The notes under the pieces: generated by a model
What the model saw: the letters and a program-made list of their open reading frames with translations, nothing else
The model's database searches: none
What the model was told of the DNA's origin: nothing
Origin: Bdellovibrionales bacterium
GTDB taxonomy: Bacteria; Bdellovibrionota; Bdellovibrionia; Bdellovibrionales; UBA1609
Assembly: GCA_965203095.1 (NCBI GenBank)
Contig: OZ241877.1
Span: 544,001-608,000 of the forward strand
Reading direction: 5' to 3'
DNA length: 64,000 nt
Made by a program: the position numbers and the translations under genes
Shown here: piece by piece, positions 7,336 through 16,596 of the stretch
Layout: every line of letters starts with the position of its first letter
Position numbering within the stretch: the stretch's first letter is position 1

Positions 7336-8661
7336 TTGACTTATCGGACACGATTTTATAACTTGTCGCCGATGCCCACAATAGATAAATTTTCTTCGCT
7401 CACGGTAGAATCCTCAGCAGGGGTTCAGGATTTTGATATGGGCTATCTGCTGTTTACCAGCGGAAGTCTTAAAAAAAGCCTGCCTTACCTCTATAAATCC
7501 ATGCAGGCTTTTTTAAAGAAAAAGGAGTTCTCCCATTACTTTTCCTGTTATTTTCTATTATTGCAGGCATTAGGGGAAATGGAGGAAAAAAACGAGGCCA
7601 GGGCCCTCTCTAAGGAAGTGGAAAACACCTGCAAAACCCACAAACTCGGGACAAAGCCTCTCTCGCTTTCTCTTTCAGCTTATTACAATATATATGAAGG
7701 CCATTTTGACTTGGCCAAAACACAGTTGAACTCGGCCTTAAAAACAGCTTTTGACCGTCACGATCACTATCTCAAAAAAAATGATCGCACCCGGCAATAC
7801 GCCCTTCGGTTTGATATTATGATCTGCCTGTATATTTATAGCGTTTTTTACTTGGAGACTAAAGATTATAGCAACTGCTCTCAAGAGATAAAAAATTTAC
7901 AGGCCCTTTTAAAAGATTATAGCCAACTCCAAAAAAATGTGGAGTTAGAGCATTCCCGGACAGACGATTCTCAAAGGTTAAAAGTTGGCCATTACATTTT
8001 ACAAACTTTAAAAAACAATGCTCAAAACCTCCAAAGATTGCGGTTGGGCACAAAGTTTATAGAGGCCCTTGTAGAGCTGAGGCACGGTAAAAATTACAGG
8101 CAAGCCGACCGGCTTTTATGGGAGCTTTATGAAGAGGCCAATAAAACAAACAATAATTTTTTTATACCTTATATTTTGTGCTCTATGGCATGGTGTCATG
8201 TCCAACAAGACAACAAAAAACAGGCTCAAGTTTTTTTTAATTTGGCCAAAAAAAATGTCAGTGAGGAGAGAAAGCTCCTCATCCGCTACATGGATCAATT
8301 AGAGCAGGAAGAGAAGTTTAACGATGTTCAAAACGAGAGCTATGACCTCATTTTTGACAGTAAGGATCATATTGTGGTGGAAAAGCAAAAAGGCTGTATT
8401 GAAATGAAAAATCAATTTATCCTAATGGATCTGCTCAAGCTTTTTTTGTCCACCCCAGGGCTTTCCTATTCTAAAGAGAAAATCATCAAAATAATATGGA
8501 AACAGGATTACATTTCGGAAGTGCACGATAACAAAATTTATGTGACGATAAAAAGGCTGAGGGAAATAATTGAGGTGGATTCCTGCAAACCCCGTTATAT
8601 ACTTAGGAATAGTGCTGGATATTACTTTTCAAAACAAGCTAAAATTTTGGTTAAATCCTAA
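7336..8661 (+). CDS. TPR-like protein with C-terminal OmpR/PhoB-type winged-helix domain
   Basis: C-terminal YSKEKII..IW...IYVTIKRLRE.IE....PRYILR...GYYF; start may be ATG 7372. Confidence 0.8.
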   Translation: MTYRTRFYNLSPMPTIDKFSSLTVESSAGVQDFDMGYLLFTSGSLKKSLPYLYKSMQAFLKKKEFSHYFSCYFLLLQALGEMEEKNEARALSKEVENTCKTHKLGTKPLSLSLSAYYNIYEGHFDLAKTQLNSALKTAFDRHDHYLKKNDRTRQYALRFDIMICLYIYSVFYLETKDYSNCSQEIKNLQALLKDYSQLQKNVELEHSRTDDSQRLKVGHYILQTLKNNAQNLQRLRLGTKFIEALVELRHGKNYRQADRLLWELYEEANKTNNNFFIPYILCSMAWCHVQQDNKKQAQVFFNLAKKNVSEERKLLIRYMDQLEQEEKFNDVQNESYDLIFDSKDHIVVEKQKGCIEMKNQFILMDLLKLFLSTPGLSYSKEKIIKIIWKQDYISEVHDNKIYVTIKRLREIIEVDSCKPRYILRNSAGYYFSKQAKILVKS

Positions 8662-8793
8662 ACAGAAGGCTCAAGTTTGGACAAATAGATTTATTTTGGA
8701 TCCCAATAAAAAATGATTGACAAGAGGACTTAAATTTGTTTGTTTTGTTAAAAAGAATTTTGTTCTAAATTACTAAAGCAGGAGGTTTTCACT

Positions 8794-9444
8794 ATGCAAA
8801 AAGTTTTATTTCTTATGGTTCTGATGTTGTCCTGTCCCTTTCACAGCCAAGGACTGGATAATGTAGATGTAATGGACAAACCCGTTTATGCTTTTGCTTT
8901 TCATAAGCTCAATGGGTCCACTCCAGAAATTTATGAAATTCAGGCTATATCTCAAAACTCAAGTTATTATGGTTTTCATTTAAGCGAAAACTCTATAGAT
9001 TTTGACTGGATACAAAAGCCCCCTATCCAAGCTCTCGATAATGATTCCAACTATATTTGGTATTGTCTCCCTATTTATGATTTACAGCCTTCCGATTGGC
9101 GAGCCGTTCAAACCCACTCCCTTTTAATTTTAGATCTAAAAACTGGAGATGGCATTAAAAAGGTGGGGACCCCACCTGTGCCCTTGCCTCTACCAGCACC
9201 TCGCCCAATGGTGATGTCTTACAGTGTTTATCCATCAATAGGTGATGATAGTGAGTATGTTTACTCCATTACAAAAGAGCTGGAAGATAGGGGCCAAACT
9301 ATAGTTTCTGAAACTATTTTTATTGATTTAGAGGACTGGATGAGCGACATAGATCAGTGGATGATAGATAATCCTGCAGGTGACTATCTTAAAAGTCAGT
9401 TTGAGCATTGTGTGTATCATATTTCGAATAATTTTTTTGATTAA
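8794..9444 (+). CDS. Secreted hypothetical protein
   Basis: Signal peptide, SD AGGAGG, downstream terminator. Confidence 0.65.
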   Translation: MQKVLFLMVLMLSCPFHSQGLDNVDVMDKPVYAFAFHKLNGSTPEIYEIQAISQNSSYYGFHLSENSIDFDWIQKPPIQALDNDSNYIWYCLPIYDLQPSDWRAVQTHSLLILDLKTGDGIKKVGTPPVPLPLPAPRPMVMSYSVYPSIGDDSEYVYSITKELEDRGQTIVSETIFIDLEDWMSDIDQWMIDNPAGDYLKSQFEHCVYHISNNFFD

Positions 9445-9482
9445 ATATACCGTTTAGTTTTACAATTTCACGATTTTTTGGT

Positions 9483-9514
9483 ATTTCCCCCTTTAGTAGA
9501 AAAAGGGGGAAATA
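9483..9514. terminator. Hairpin terminator
   Basis: TATTTCCCCCTTT...AAAGGGGGAAATA inverted repeat. Confidence 0.6.
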
Positions 9515-9561
9515 GTAGTTTTCGCGTATTGGCAGTTGTGTGCTGATACGAGGGATAAATT

Positions 9562-9637
9562 AGGAGGTTAGCTCAGCTGGTAGAGCGCCACCCTTACAAG
9601 GTGGATGTCGTCGGTTCGAATCCGGCACCTCCTACCA
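9562..9637 (+). tRNA. tRNA-Val (TAC)
   Basis: Acceptor AGGAGGT/ACCTCCT, anticodon arm CCACC-CTTACAA-GGTGG, GGTTCGAATCC, CCA end. Confidence 0.95.
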
Positions 9638-9751
9638 TTTCTTTTTGACAAAAGTTTACCATTCCCTTCATAGACAAGATAATTTGTCCTTGCTATTATT
9701 AAAAATGTTTGAAAAACAAGCTTTAAAGTGTAATGAAGCAAATATAAAATT

Positions 9752-11065
9752 ATGAGCACAAAAAATCAGATGGCAAAAATTTTATCTCTTTGCCGGAGTC
9801 GAGGGTTTTTGTTTCCCTCCAGTGAAATTTACGGTGGGCTTAATTCCTGTTGGGATTATGGCCCTTTAGGTGCTCAGTTAAAAAATAATATCAAAAAACT
9901 TTGGTGGGAAAACATGACTCGCCGGCCCGATGTGGTGGGTTTAGATTCCAGTATTTTTATGCACCCGGAAACATGGTCAGCCTCTGGCCATTTAGAAAGC
10001 TTTGTGGATCCTCTATCCGACTGTCGGGATTGCAAACAGAGGTTTCGTTTAGATTCAGGAATAAGCCAATGCCCTCATTGTGGCTCAAAAAATTTTACAA
10101 CAGCTCGAAATTTTAATCTCATGTTCAAAAGTTTTATAGGCCCTGTGGAAGGGGAAGGTGCCACCATTTATTTACGCCCTGAAACCGCTCAGGGCATTTA
10201 TGTCAATTTTTTAAATATTCAAAAAAGCATGAGGCTCAAAATCCCCTTTGGTGTGGCACAAATCGGCAAAGCTTTCCGGAATGAAATCACCCCTTCCCAT
10301 TTCATTTTCCGAATGCGGGAATTTGAGCAGATGGAAATGCAATTTTTTATCCCTCCCTCTGATGGCGATAAATGGTTTGAATATTGGCGAGAGGAGAGGA
10401 AAGCTCAACTTTTAAGCCTGGGTTTAAAAGATTCAGAGTTGCATTTTAAGCCTCACCCATCAGAGGAATTGGCCCATTATGCGAAAAAAGCAGAAGATAT
10501 TGAGTTTGATTTTTTTATGGGGCGAAAAGAGTTAGAGGGTTTGCATCATCGTGGGGATTTTGATCTCTCTCGTCATCAAAAGTTTTCCGGCAAAAAGTTA
10601 GAATATTTTGATCCAGAACAAAATTTATCTTATCTCCCTCATGTGATTGAAAGCTCTATTGGTTGTGATCGTTTGCTTTTAGCCCTTTTGTGCTCTGCTT
10701 ATGCAGAAGAGACAGTTAAAAATGAAATGCGAAAATTTTTAAAATTTAAACCCCAGTTAGCCCCTGTTCAAGTAGCCATTTTACCTCTTTCTAAAAAAGA
10801 AGGACTAATGGATATAGGAGGTAAAATCCAAAAAGAGCTGAAAAATCTTTGGTTTGTGGAATATGATATTTCCGGAAGCATTGGGAAACGATACCGCCGT
10901 CAGGATGAAATTGGAACTCCTTTTTGTGTGACAATAGATTTTGAGAGTCTTGAGGATCAAAAAGTGACAGTAAGAGATCGGGACAATATGAATCAAGAGC
11001 GGATCCTCATAGAATCTTTAGCTCATTTTTTAAAAGAAAAATTTGACAGGACAAAAATCTTTTGA
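9752..11065 (+). CDS. glyQS: Glycine-tRNA ligase (homodimeric type)
   Basis: WDYGPLG, LRPETAQGI, FRNEITP, REFEQME, SIGKRYRRQDEIGTP. Confidence 0.95.
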   Translation: MSTKNQMAKILSLCRSRGFLFPSSEIYGGLNSCWDYGPLGAQLKNNIKKLWWENMTRRPDVVGLDSSIFMHPETWSASGHLESFVDPLSDCRDCKQRFRLDSGISQCPHCGSKNFTTARNFNLMFKSFIGPVEGEGATIYLRPETAQGIYVNFLNIQKSMRLKIPFGVAQIGKAFRNEITPSHFIFRMREFEQMEMQFFIPPSDGDKWFEYWREERKAQLLSLGLKDSELHFKPHPSEELAHYAKKAEDIEFDFFMGRKELEGLHHRGDFDLSRHQKFSGKKLEYFDPEQNLSYLPHVIESSIGCDRLLLALLCSAYAEETVKNEMRKFLKFKPQLAPVQVAILPLSKKEGLMDIGGKIQKELKNLWFVEYDISGSIGKRYRRQDEIGTPFCVTIDFESLEDQKVTVRDRDNMNQERILIESLAHFLKEKFDRTKIF

Positions 11066-11085
11066 TAAAAATTAAAAATGACTAA

Positions 11086-11162
<77 letters not shown>

Positions 11163-11240
11163 AAAATTATAAAAAGCTCTGGAGCTGGCAATTTTTGTTT
11201 CTAAAATTTAATCATCCATTTTTTTAACCCAGGTTAAATT

Positions 11241-13622
11241 TTGAGCTATCATCACCAACAGATAGAAAAAAAATGGCAAGAGAGATGGCAGTCCTCTAAA
11301 ATCTTTCACTGCCAAAAAGATCTCAGTAAGCCCAAGTTTTATGCTCTCAATATGTTTCCTTATCCTTCCGGTGCTGGGCTTCATATAGGCCACTTGGCCT
11401 CTTACACTCCTACCGAAGTGGTGGCTCGTTTTAAAAAGGCTCAAGGATTTAATGTTTTGCATCCTATGGGTTATGATGCTTTTGGCTTGCCGGCAGAACA
11501 GTATGCCATTCAAACGGGAATACACCCTGAAGAAACCACAAAAAAAGCCATTGAGAATTTTCGCCGGCAGTTAAAATCCTTTGGCTACAGTTTTGACTGG
11601 AGTCGTGAGATCTCCACTTGTGATCCCTCTTATTATAAATGGACTCAATATTTGTTTAAAATTTTTTTTAAAAGAAAGTTGGCTTATCAAGCTCCCTCAG
11701 CTGTAAATTGGTGTCCTGCCCTTCGCACAGTTTTGGCTAATGAGGAGGTTGTTGATGGGAAAAGCGAACGGGGCGGGCATGAAGTGTTCCGGGTTTTAAG
11801 AAAGCAATGGTTAATTAAAATCACGGCTTACTCTGAAAGCTTGATAAAAGATTTAGATGAAGTGGATTGGCCGGAAAGCTCAAAAACAGCTCAAAAAAAT
11901 TGGATTGGGAAAAGCGAGGGTGCTCTGATTGATTTCCGAGTTAAAAATTCGGGAAAATCCTTTTCTGTTTGGACTACCCGGCCGGACACTCTTTTTGGTG
12001 TATCTTATATGGTTTTAGCACCAGAACATCCTCTTGTGCCTCAAATCACAACAAAAGCTCAAAAAAACACAGTGACTGATTATCAAAAACAGTGCCAGTC
12101 GCAAAGTGAGACTCAAAGAAAAAGTGGGCAAAACAAAACCGGAGTTTGGACCGGAGCCTTCGCCAAACACCCCATTACTCAAGAGGATCTGCCAATATGG
12201 ATCTCCGATTATGTTTTAATGGATTATGGAACAGGGGCCATTATGGCTGTTCCCGCTCATGATGAAAGGGATTATGGTTTTGCCCAGCATTTTAATTTAA
12301 AAATTCTTCCTGTAATAGAGAGCGAAAATCTCCCGTTTGAAGGGGATGGGCCTCATATCCATTCTGAACACAAAGATATTAGCTTGAACGGCCTTAACAA
12401 AAAATCCGCTATAGAAAAAATGATCAACTATCTTGAAAAAACAAAAAAAGGACAAAGGCAAATTCAATACAAATTAAGAGATTGGCTTTTTAGCCGGCAA
12501 AGGTATTGGGGCGAGCCTTTTCCCATTGTCAAAAATAAGTATGGGGAACACAAAGCCGTCCCGGATGAGGAGTTGCCTGTCCTTCTCCCCCCAGTGGCGG
12601 ATTATGAACCTTCGGAAAAGGGAGAACCCCCCTTAGCTCGTTCCAAAGATTTTGTGAAAGATAAAAAAGGCAATTTAAGGGAGACAGACACCATGCCCGG
12701 CTCTGCCGGTTCCTCATGGTATTTTTTAAGATATACGGATCCGCAAAACCACAAAGCCCCTTTTGGTTTTGAAGAGCAAAAATACTGGATGCCTGTAGAT
12801 CTTTATGTGGGGGGGAGCGAGCACAATGTAGGCCACCTGCTTTATGCTCGGCTTTGGCAAAAAGTTTTGTTTGATGAAGGGCTGGTCTCTCATAAAGAGC
12901 CTTTTAAAAAGTTGGTTCATCAAGGGACTATTTTAGGGGAAGACGGTTTTAGAATGTCCAAATCCAGAGGCAATGGGGTCAATCCGGATGAGTTAAGGCA
13001 AAAATATGGAGCCGACAGCTTAAGGCTTTATATATGTTTTTTAGGTCCTTTTGATAAAGACAAACCTTGGTCGGCTAAGGGCATTGAAGGCTCACGGAGG
13101 TTTTTGGATCGTTTTTGGCGATGGGCAAAAGAGAGCCAAAACAAAAAAGAAAAATGGCCCCCCGGTTTAAGTGCCTTATCCCATCAAACCATAAAAAAAG
13201 TGACAGAGGATATTGAGAGTATGAATTTTAATACCGCCATTTCCGCCCTGATGATTTGGCTTAATGAAATTTACAAATTAAAAATAAAAAACGAAAGCTG
13301 GGCCAAAATATTTGCTCAACTCCTTATGCCTTTTGCTCCTCATTTAGCAGAGGAAGTTTGGGAGCTTTTAGGGGGGGAGAGTTTTGTCTCTCTGGCACCT
13401 TGGCCAGATTATAAATTAGAAATGGCTCAAACAAAAAAAGAGAGCATTGGTGTTCAAGTGGCTGGGAAAACTCGTGGATCTATTGAGATCTCCTCTAATG
13501 AAGATAAGGAGAGTGCCATTCAAAAAGCTTTACAAATCCCCTCTGTTCAAAAACAAATTCAAGGTAAAAAAATCAAAAAATGCATTTATAAAAAAGGCAA
13601 AATTTTAAATCTTATTGTCTAA
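11241..13622 (+). CDS. leuS: Leucine-tRNA ligase
   Basis: MFPYPSGAGLHIGH, TTRPDTLFG, RQRYWGEP, RMSKS; TTG start. Confidence 0.96.
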   Translation: MSYHHQQIEKKWQERWQSSKIFHCQKDLSKPKFYALNMFPYPSGAGLHIGHLASYTPTEVVARFKKAQGFNVLHPMGYDAFGLPAEQYAIQTGIHPEETTKKAIENFRRQLKSFGYSFDWSREISTCDPSYYKWTQYLFKIFFKRKLAYQAPSAVNWCPALRTVLANEEVVDGKSERGGHEVFRVLRKQWLIKITAYSESLIKDLDEVDWPESSKTAQKNWIGKSEGALIDFRVKNSGKSFSVWTTRPDTLFGVSYMVLAPEHPLVPQITTKAQKNTVTDYQKQCQSQSETQRKSGQNKTGVWTGAFAKHPITQEDLPIWISDYVLMDYGTGAIMAVPAHDERDYGFAQHFNLKILPVIESENLPFEGDGPHIHSEHKDISLNGLNKKSAIEKMINYLEKTKKGQRQIQYKLRDWLFSRQRYWGEPFPIVKNKYGEHKAVPDEELPVLLPPVADYEPSEKGEPPLARSKDFVKDKKGNLRETDTMPGSAGSSWYFLRYTDPQNHKAPFGFEEQKYWMPVDLYVGGSEHNVGHLLYARLWQKVLFDEGLVSHKEPFKKLVHQGTILGEDGFRMSKSRGNGVNPDELRQKYGADSLRLYICFLGPFDKDKPWSAKGIEGSRRFLDRFWRWAKESQNKKEKWPPGLSALSHQTIKKVTEDIESMNFNTAISALMIWLNEIYKLKIKNESWAKIFAQLLMPFAPHLAEEVWELLGGESFVSLAPWPDYKLEMAQTKKESIGVQVAGKTRGSIEISSNEDKESAIQKALQIPSVQKQIQGKKIKKCIYKKGKILNLIV

Positions 13623-13772
13623 AACCTCAGCTCAAAAAAAACTAAATTGCACCCCCCTCCCTCTTGACTTGGCTTCATGTGGATATTTTGTATGTGAAAA
13701 CTTATATTCTTCTAAGTGGTATGATAAATTAAGCTCTGCAACTTTTAAACTTAACAAAAAGGAGATCAAACT

Positions 13773-13937
13773 ATGATTATAATTGAACAACTTTTTAATA
13801 AAAAAAGCAAAAAAAAGATTTTTCAGTCAGCCCAAAATGTCCAATTCGCTTATAAGAATTTTAAAACCAAAGCAAAGATGGAAGAGCTAACAGGGCTATT
13901 AAAAAAAAGATTCTTTGACATGGTTAGATACAGATAA
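13773..13937 (+). CDS. Short ORF with strong RBS, possibly the frameshifted N-terminus of the recombinase
   Basis: AAGGAG 8 nt before ATG 13773; overlaps recombinase frame at an A8 tract (13901-13908). Confidence 0.45.
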   Translation: MIIIEQLFNKKSKKKIFQSAQNVQFAYKNFKTKAKMEELTGLLKKRFFDMVRYR

Positions 13938-14913
13938 ATCGGAAATGTCTTTTTCTGATTGTTTTCAGCAATACCTGAAAGGAGGGATTCCCTCTCTAAA
14001 AAAATCTACCAGACAGGCTTACGAGACCCGCTGGAAATATTTTACAACAGGCCCCCTTCCGCATGTTAAAATGAAAGAGTTTAAGGCTCAAACTGTTTAT
14101 AATTGGATGAATTGGCTGAAAGCCCATCCGACAGCAAAAAACAAAAGCAGAAAGACATTTGCTCAAGAGTTAAAAACTCTTAAAATAATTTTGCATTGGC
14201 ATCGCAATTTTGTAGATGAGAATTTTAATGTTCCCATCACTAAAAAACACAAACAGCTTTGCTATTATAAAACGGTTCCACCAAAAAGGCCGGACTACTA
14301 TGCTAAGCCAGAGGAGCTGAGAGAATTTATCTGCTGGCTTAGGGATAATAGAAAAAATCCCATGTATTGGAGGTTGGCCTTGTTTATGGTCTTAACAGGG
14401 GCAAGGGTAGGCGAGGCTTGCGGGCTTTGTTGGAGTGCAGTGGATTTTAAAAGAGGCCATGCCAGAGTGATGAGACAAATGGCTTGGGAGCAAAAAAGCA
14501 AAAGGCCCTATTTAGAGGAAACAACAAAGACTTCCGCCTCTGCCCGTATTTTGTTATTGCCTGATGAGCTGTTGAGGCTTTTAAAGGCAATGAGGGCGGA
14601 AAGCTCGAATAAAACAGGTTTGCTCTTCACCGATCGAAGGGGCAAAGCTGTAAAATACAATGCCATTCAATCTTCTTTTAATGCGGGTTTTATGGCCTTA
14701 GGTTTAACTTGGCGATCGACTCATATTTTAAGGCATTCCTACGCCACAATCGCTTTAATAGCCACTAAAGATTTGTCTGCTGTTCAGGCAAGCCTTGGAC
14801 ATACTTCCAGCCGTATGACAGAAAGGTATGCTAAAGTCATAGCCTTACTTGACAGAAAAACAGCGGAAAAAACAGCCAAGGTTCTGGACATTTTTAGCAA
14901 ATTATCAAAGTGA
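13915..14913 (+). CDS. Tyrosine recombinase/integrase
   Basis: Complete catalytic set: LTGARVGE, TTK, HILRH, LGH, TERY; no good RBS at TTG 13915. Confidence 0.93.
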   Translation: MTWLDTDKSEMSFSDCFQQYLKGGIPSLKKSTRQAYETRWKYFTTGPLPHVKMKEFKAQTVYNWMNWLKAHPTAKNKSRKTFAQELKTLKIILHWHRNFVDENFNVPITKKHKQLCYYKTVPPKRPDYYAKPEELREFICWLRDNRKNPMYWRLALFMVLTGARVGEACGLCWSAVDFKRGHARVMRQMAWEQKSKRPYLEETTKTSASARILLLPDELLRLLKAMRAESSNKTGLLFTDRRGKAVKYNAIQSSFNAGFMALGLTWRSTHILRHSYATIALIATKDLSAVQASLGHTSSRMTERYAKVIALLDRKTAEKTAKVLDIFSKLSK

Positions 14914-14919
14914 TGAACT

Positions 14920-14993
14920 TATACTGATCTTGTTTGAAAATTCCTGCTTTCTCTACTCTGTTTTGACCGGAAATCTCAAATGTAATCAGTATA
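14920..14993. mobile_element. 74-bp MITE with TATACT ends (ERIC/Correia/RUP-like), copy 1
   Basis: Terminal inverted repeats TATACTGAT...ATCAGTATA; related copies at 51092-51161 and 61143-61211. Confidence 0.75.
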
Positions 14994-15109
14994 ATTTTTC
15001 CCAGGAACTCCGGACTTTCCGCCGACCTAATCCTTCCCCTTGGCATAGTCCTTTCTTTGAGAGTGAGAATCCTTAACTCCCTGCTCTCATAAAAACGAGA
15101 GGTCCTTTT

Positions 15110-15182
15110 GAAAGTGAATTTTAATAGATTTTTTAAAATGTGTGCGAAAAACTACCGCAATTCACTCAAAAAGTCTTCTAAA
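15110..15182 (+). repeat. Dispersed repeat segment A (direct copy at 27760-27834)
   Basis: GAAAGTGAATTTT..AGATTTTTT..AAATGTGT(T)GCGAAAAACT.CC.CAAT.CA.TCAAA shared by both sites. Confidence 0.85.
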
Positions 15183-15225
15183 TGGTGGATACTACCAAGA
15201 TTAACCTTAAATGCTCTGAAGTTCT

Positions 15226-15255
15226 ATTATTGAGCTATTTTGTTGGAATTGTCAA
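15226..15255 (-). promoter_or_regulatory. Sigma70-like promoter inside the invertible segment, pointing away from the pilin gene
   Basis: TTGACA-N18-AATAAT on minus strand with A/T tracts upstream of the -35. Confidence 0.6.
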
Positions 15256-15407
15256 AAAAATTTTTTAAAAATTTCTCAAGAAAAAGATTTTAAGGGAGGA
15301 TTCAGGTAAAAAAGCCTATAAATAAAGGCTTTTTGCCCACTTCCCGGCCTTCCCGACTTTTATCCTTATGAGACATTTATTCTACCTTTAGACCTAAAAA
15401 GAGGCTT

Positions 15408-15504
15408 AGCAGGCACTAAAAATCTTAAGGAAGGCTTTTTGGACTTAAACCCGCTCAATCTAAAAAAGCCTTTGTTTTCAAGGTTTTTGAGCCTTTCATT
15501 TTTA
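15408..15504 (-). repeat. Dispersed repeat segment B (inverted relative to copy at 27831-27923)
   Basis: GCACTAAAAATCTTAAGGAA.GCTTT..GGACTTAAA.CCCG.TCAATCTAAAAAAGC.TTTGTTTT is the reverse complement of 27.84-27.92 kb. Confidence 0.9.
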
Positions 15505-15590
15505 ACAATCTTGGTAGGAAATACCATTTTCCGAAAAAGATTTGAGCTTAAAGGCTTTGGAAAAACTTAAAACACATAAGGAGATAAATT

Positions 15591-16256
15591 ATGGAAAACA
15601 TAAAAACTTTTTTTAAAAGGCTTTTCTCTGCCTTCACAAAAGAGAGAAAAAACACTTTAGGCTTTTCCCTTGTGGAGCTATTGGTAGTCGTGGCTATCAT
15701 TGGAATTTTAGCCGCCGTGGCTGTGCCAGCTTATAACAAATATCGTGCCAATGCCGCCCAGGGAGCAATCACAGGCTCACTTCAGGCAATGGGTAAAGAC
15801 TTTGTGAATTGTCTTGCGACAAACACATGGGCTAATTGTGACTCTTTAACAGAACTGGGGGGGACTTGCCCAAATTGCATGTCTGGCACAGACGGAACAG
15901 ATGATTTTTGCCTTGATACAGAAAAAGAAGTCGCTGGGACAACATATATGGGTTGCGTAAGTGTTTCTGGTTCTGGGTTGCCTGTTATAGTGGGGAACTG
16001 GCCAAGCCTTTGCTCTGGTATTACCGTGAGTTATGGTTGCACCACGGTAGGATCTTTGACTAATCCAACAAACACATGTGCTGATTTAAATTGTATGAAT
16101 ACAGCCACAGCTCCGGTAGGGGCGGCTTGCACGGCAGGGATAGTCGCCGGGGCAATGGCCATCCAACATAATTGCACGGATACCACGGACGCCAATGCTT
16201 TAACTAATTCAATGGCCGCGGGAAGTTGTGGCATGACGACAGGGGAATGCTCTTAA
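15591..16256 (+). CDS. Type IVa pilin, cysteine-rich
   Basis: G|FSLVELLVVVAIIGILAAVAVPAY N-methyl motif; 14 Cys in the head domain; SD AAGGAG. Confidence 0.92.
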   Translation: MENIKTFFKRLFSAFTKERKNTLGFSLVELLVVVAIIGILAAVAVPAYNKYRANAAQGAITGSLQAMGKDFVNCLATNTWANCDSLTELGGTCPNCMSGTDGTDDFCLDTEKEVAGTTYMGCVSVSGSGLPVIVGNWPSLCSGITVSYGCTTVGSLTNPTNTCADLNCMNTATAPVGAACTAGIVAGAMAIQHNCTDTTDANALTNSMAAGSCGMTTGECS

Positions 16257-16287
16257 GGAGTATATTGCTGATTTAAGTTTAACTATG

Positions 16288-16315
16288 AGGGGGAGTTTTA
16301 TACTCCCCTTTATTT
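16288..16315 (+). terminator. Intrinsic terminator after pilin
   Basis: GGGGAGT-TTTAT-ACTCCCC followed by TTTATTT. Confidence 0.65.
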
Positions 16316-16332
16316 CCTAAAGGATAATAAAA

Positions 16333-16596
16333 ATGAGTTTAAAAGATATAGCTAAGAGAGCACAAAAAGCACAGAGAGATAAAGATAGAGAGAATTTATC
16401 AAAAGCTATTTTAGATTGTTATAAATACCTTAATAAAGAATATCCAGGGGAATACTTTGGAGCAGTTAAAATTGATAATAAACTTGGGATTAGAAAAGAA
16501 AGGGGGCATAGTTCTGGCACACATAGCATTATAAAAAGATTAAAAGAGGATGGTTTTTTAGAGCAAAAGCGGGGGTTTAGGATAAAAAATGACTGA
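16333..16596 (+). CDS. Small basic hypothetical protein, paralog 1 (winged-helix-like)
   Basis: Shares G.Y.GA.KID..L...GH....TH.I...L...G.L.Q..GFR with next ORF; SD AAGGA. Confidence 0.65.
   Translation: MSLKDIAKRAQKAQRDKDRENLSKAILDCYKYLNKEYPGEYFGAVKIDNKLGIRKERGHSSGTHSIIKRLKEDGFLEQKRGFRIKND

Larger units (their letters stand above)
15180..15529. other. Candidate invertible promoter segment (inverton)
   Basis: IRL 15180-15202 AAATGGT-ggata-CTACCAAGATT and IRR 15507-15529 AATCTTGGTAG-gaaat-ACCATTT (19/23 inverted match). Confidence 0.65.

Noticed and set aside
7341..7348. Additional CCGATAA matches (7341 and 55136, minus strand)
   Set aside because: No T(T/A)AAG at the 16-nt spacing and no suitably placed gene.
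9568..9759. 63-aa minus-strand ORF
   Set aside because: Overlaps tRNA-Val antisense.
13915..14913. Prophage or integron integrase
   Set aside because: No phage structural genes, no recognisable IntI-specific insertion or attC sites, and no tRNA 3' duplication seen.
14849..15076. ORFs containing ENSCFL-like peptide (also 50968-51252)
   Set aside because: Translations of the 74-bp MITE, not a protein family.
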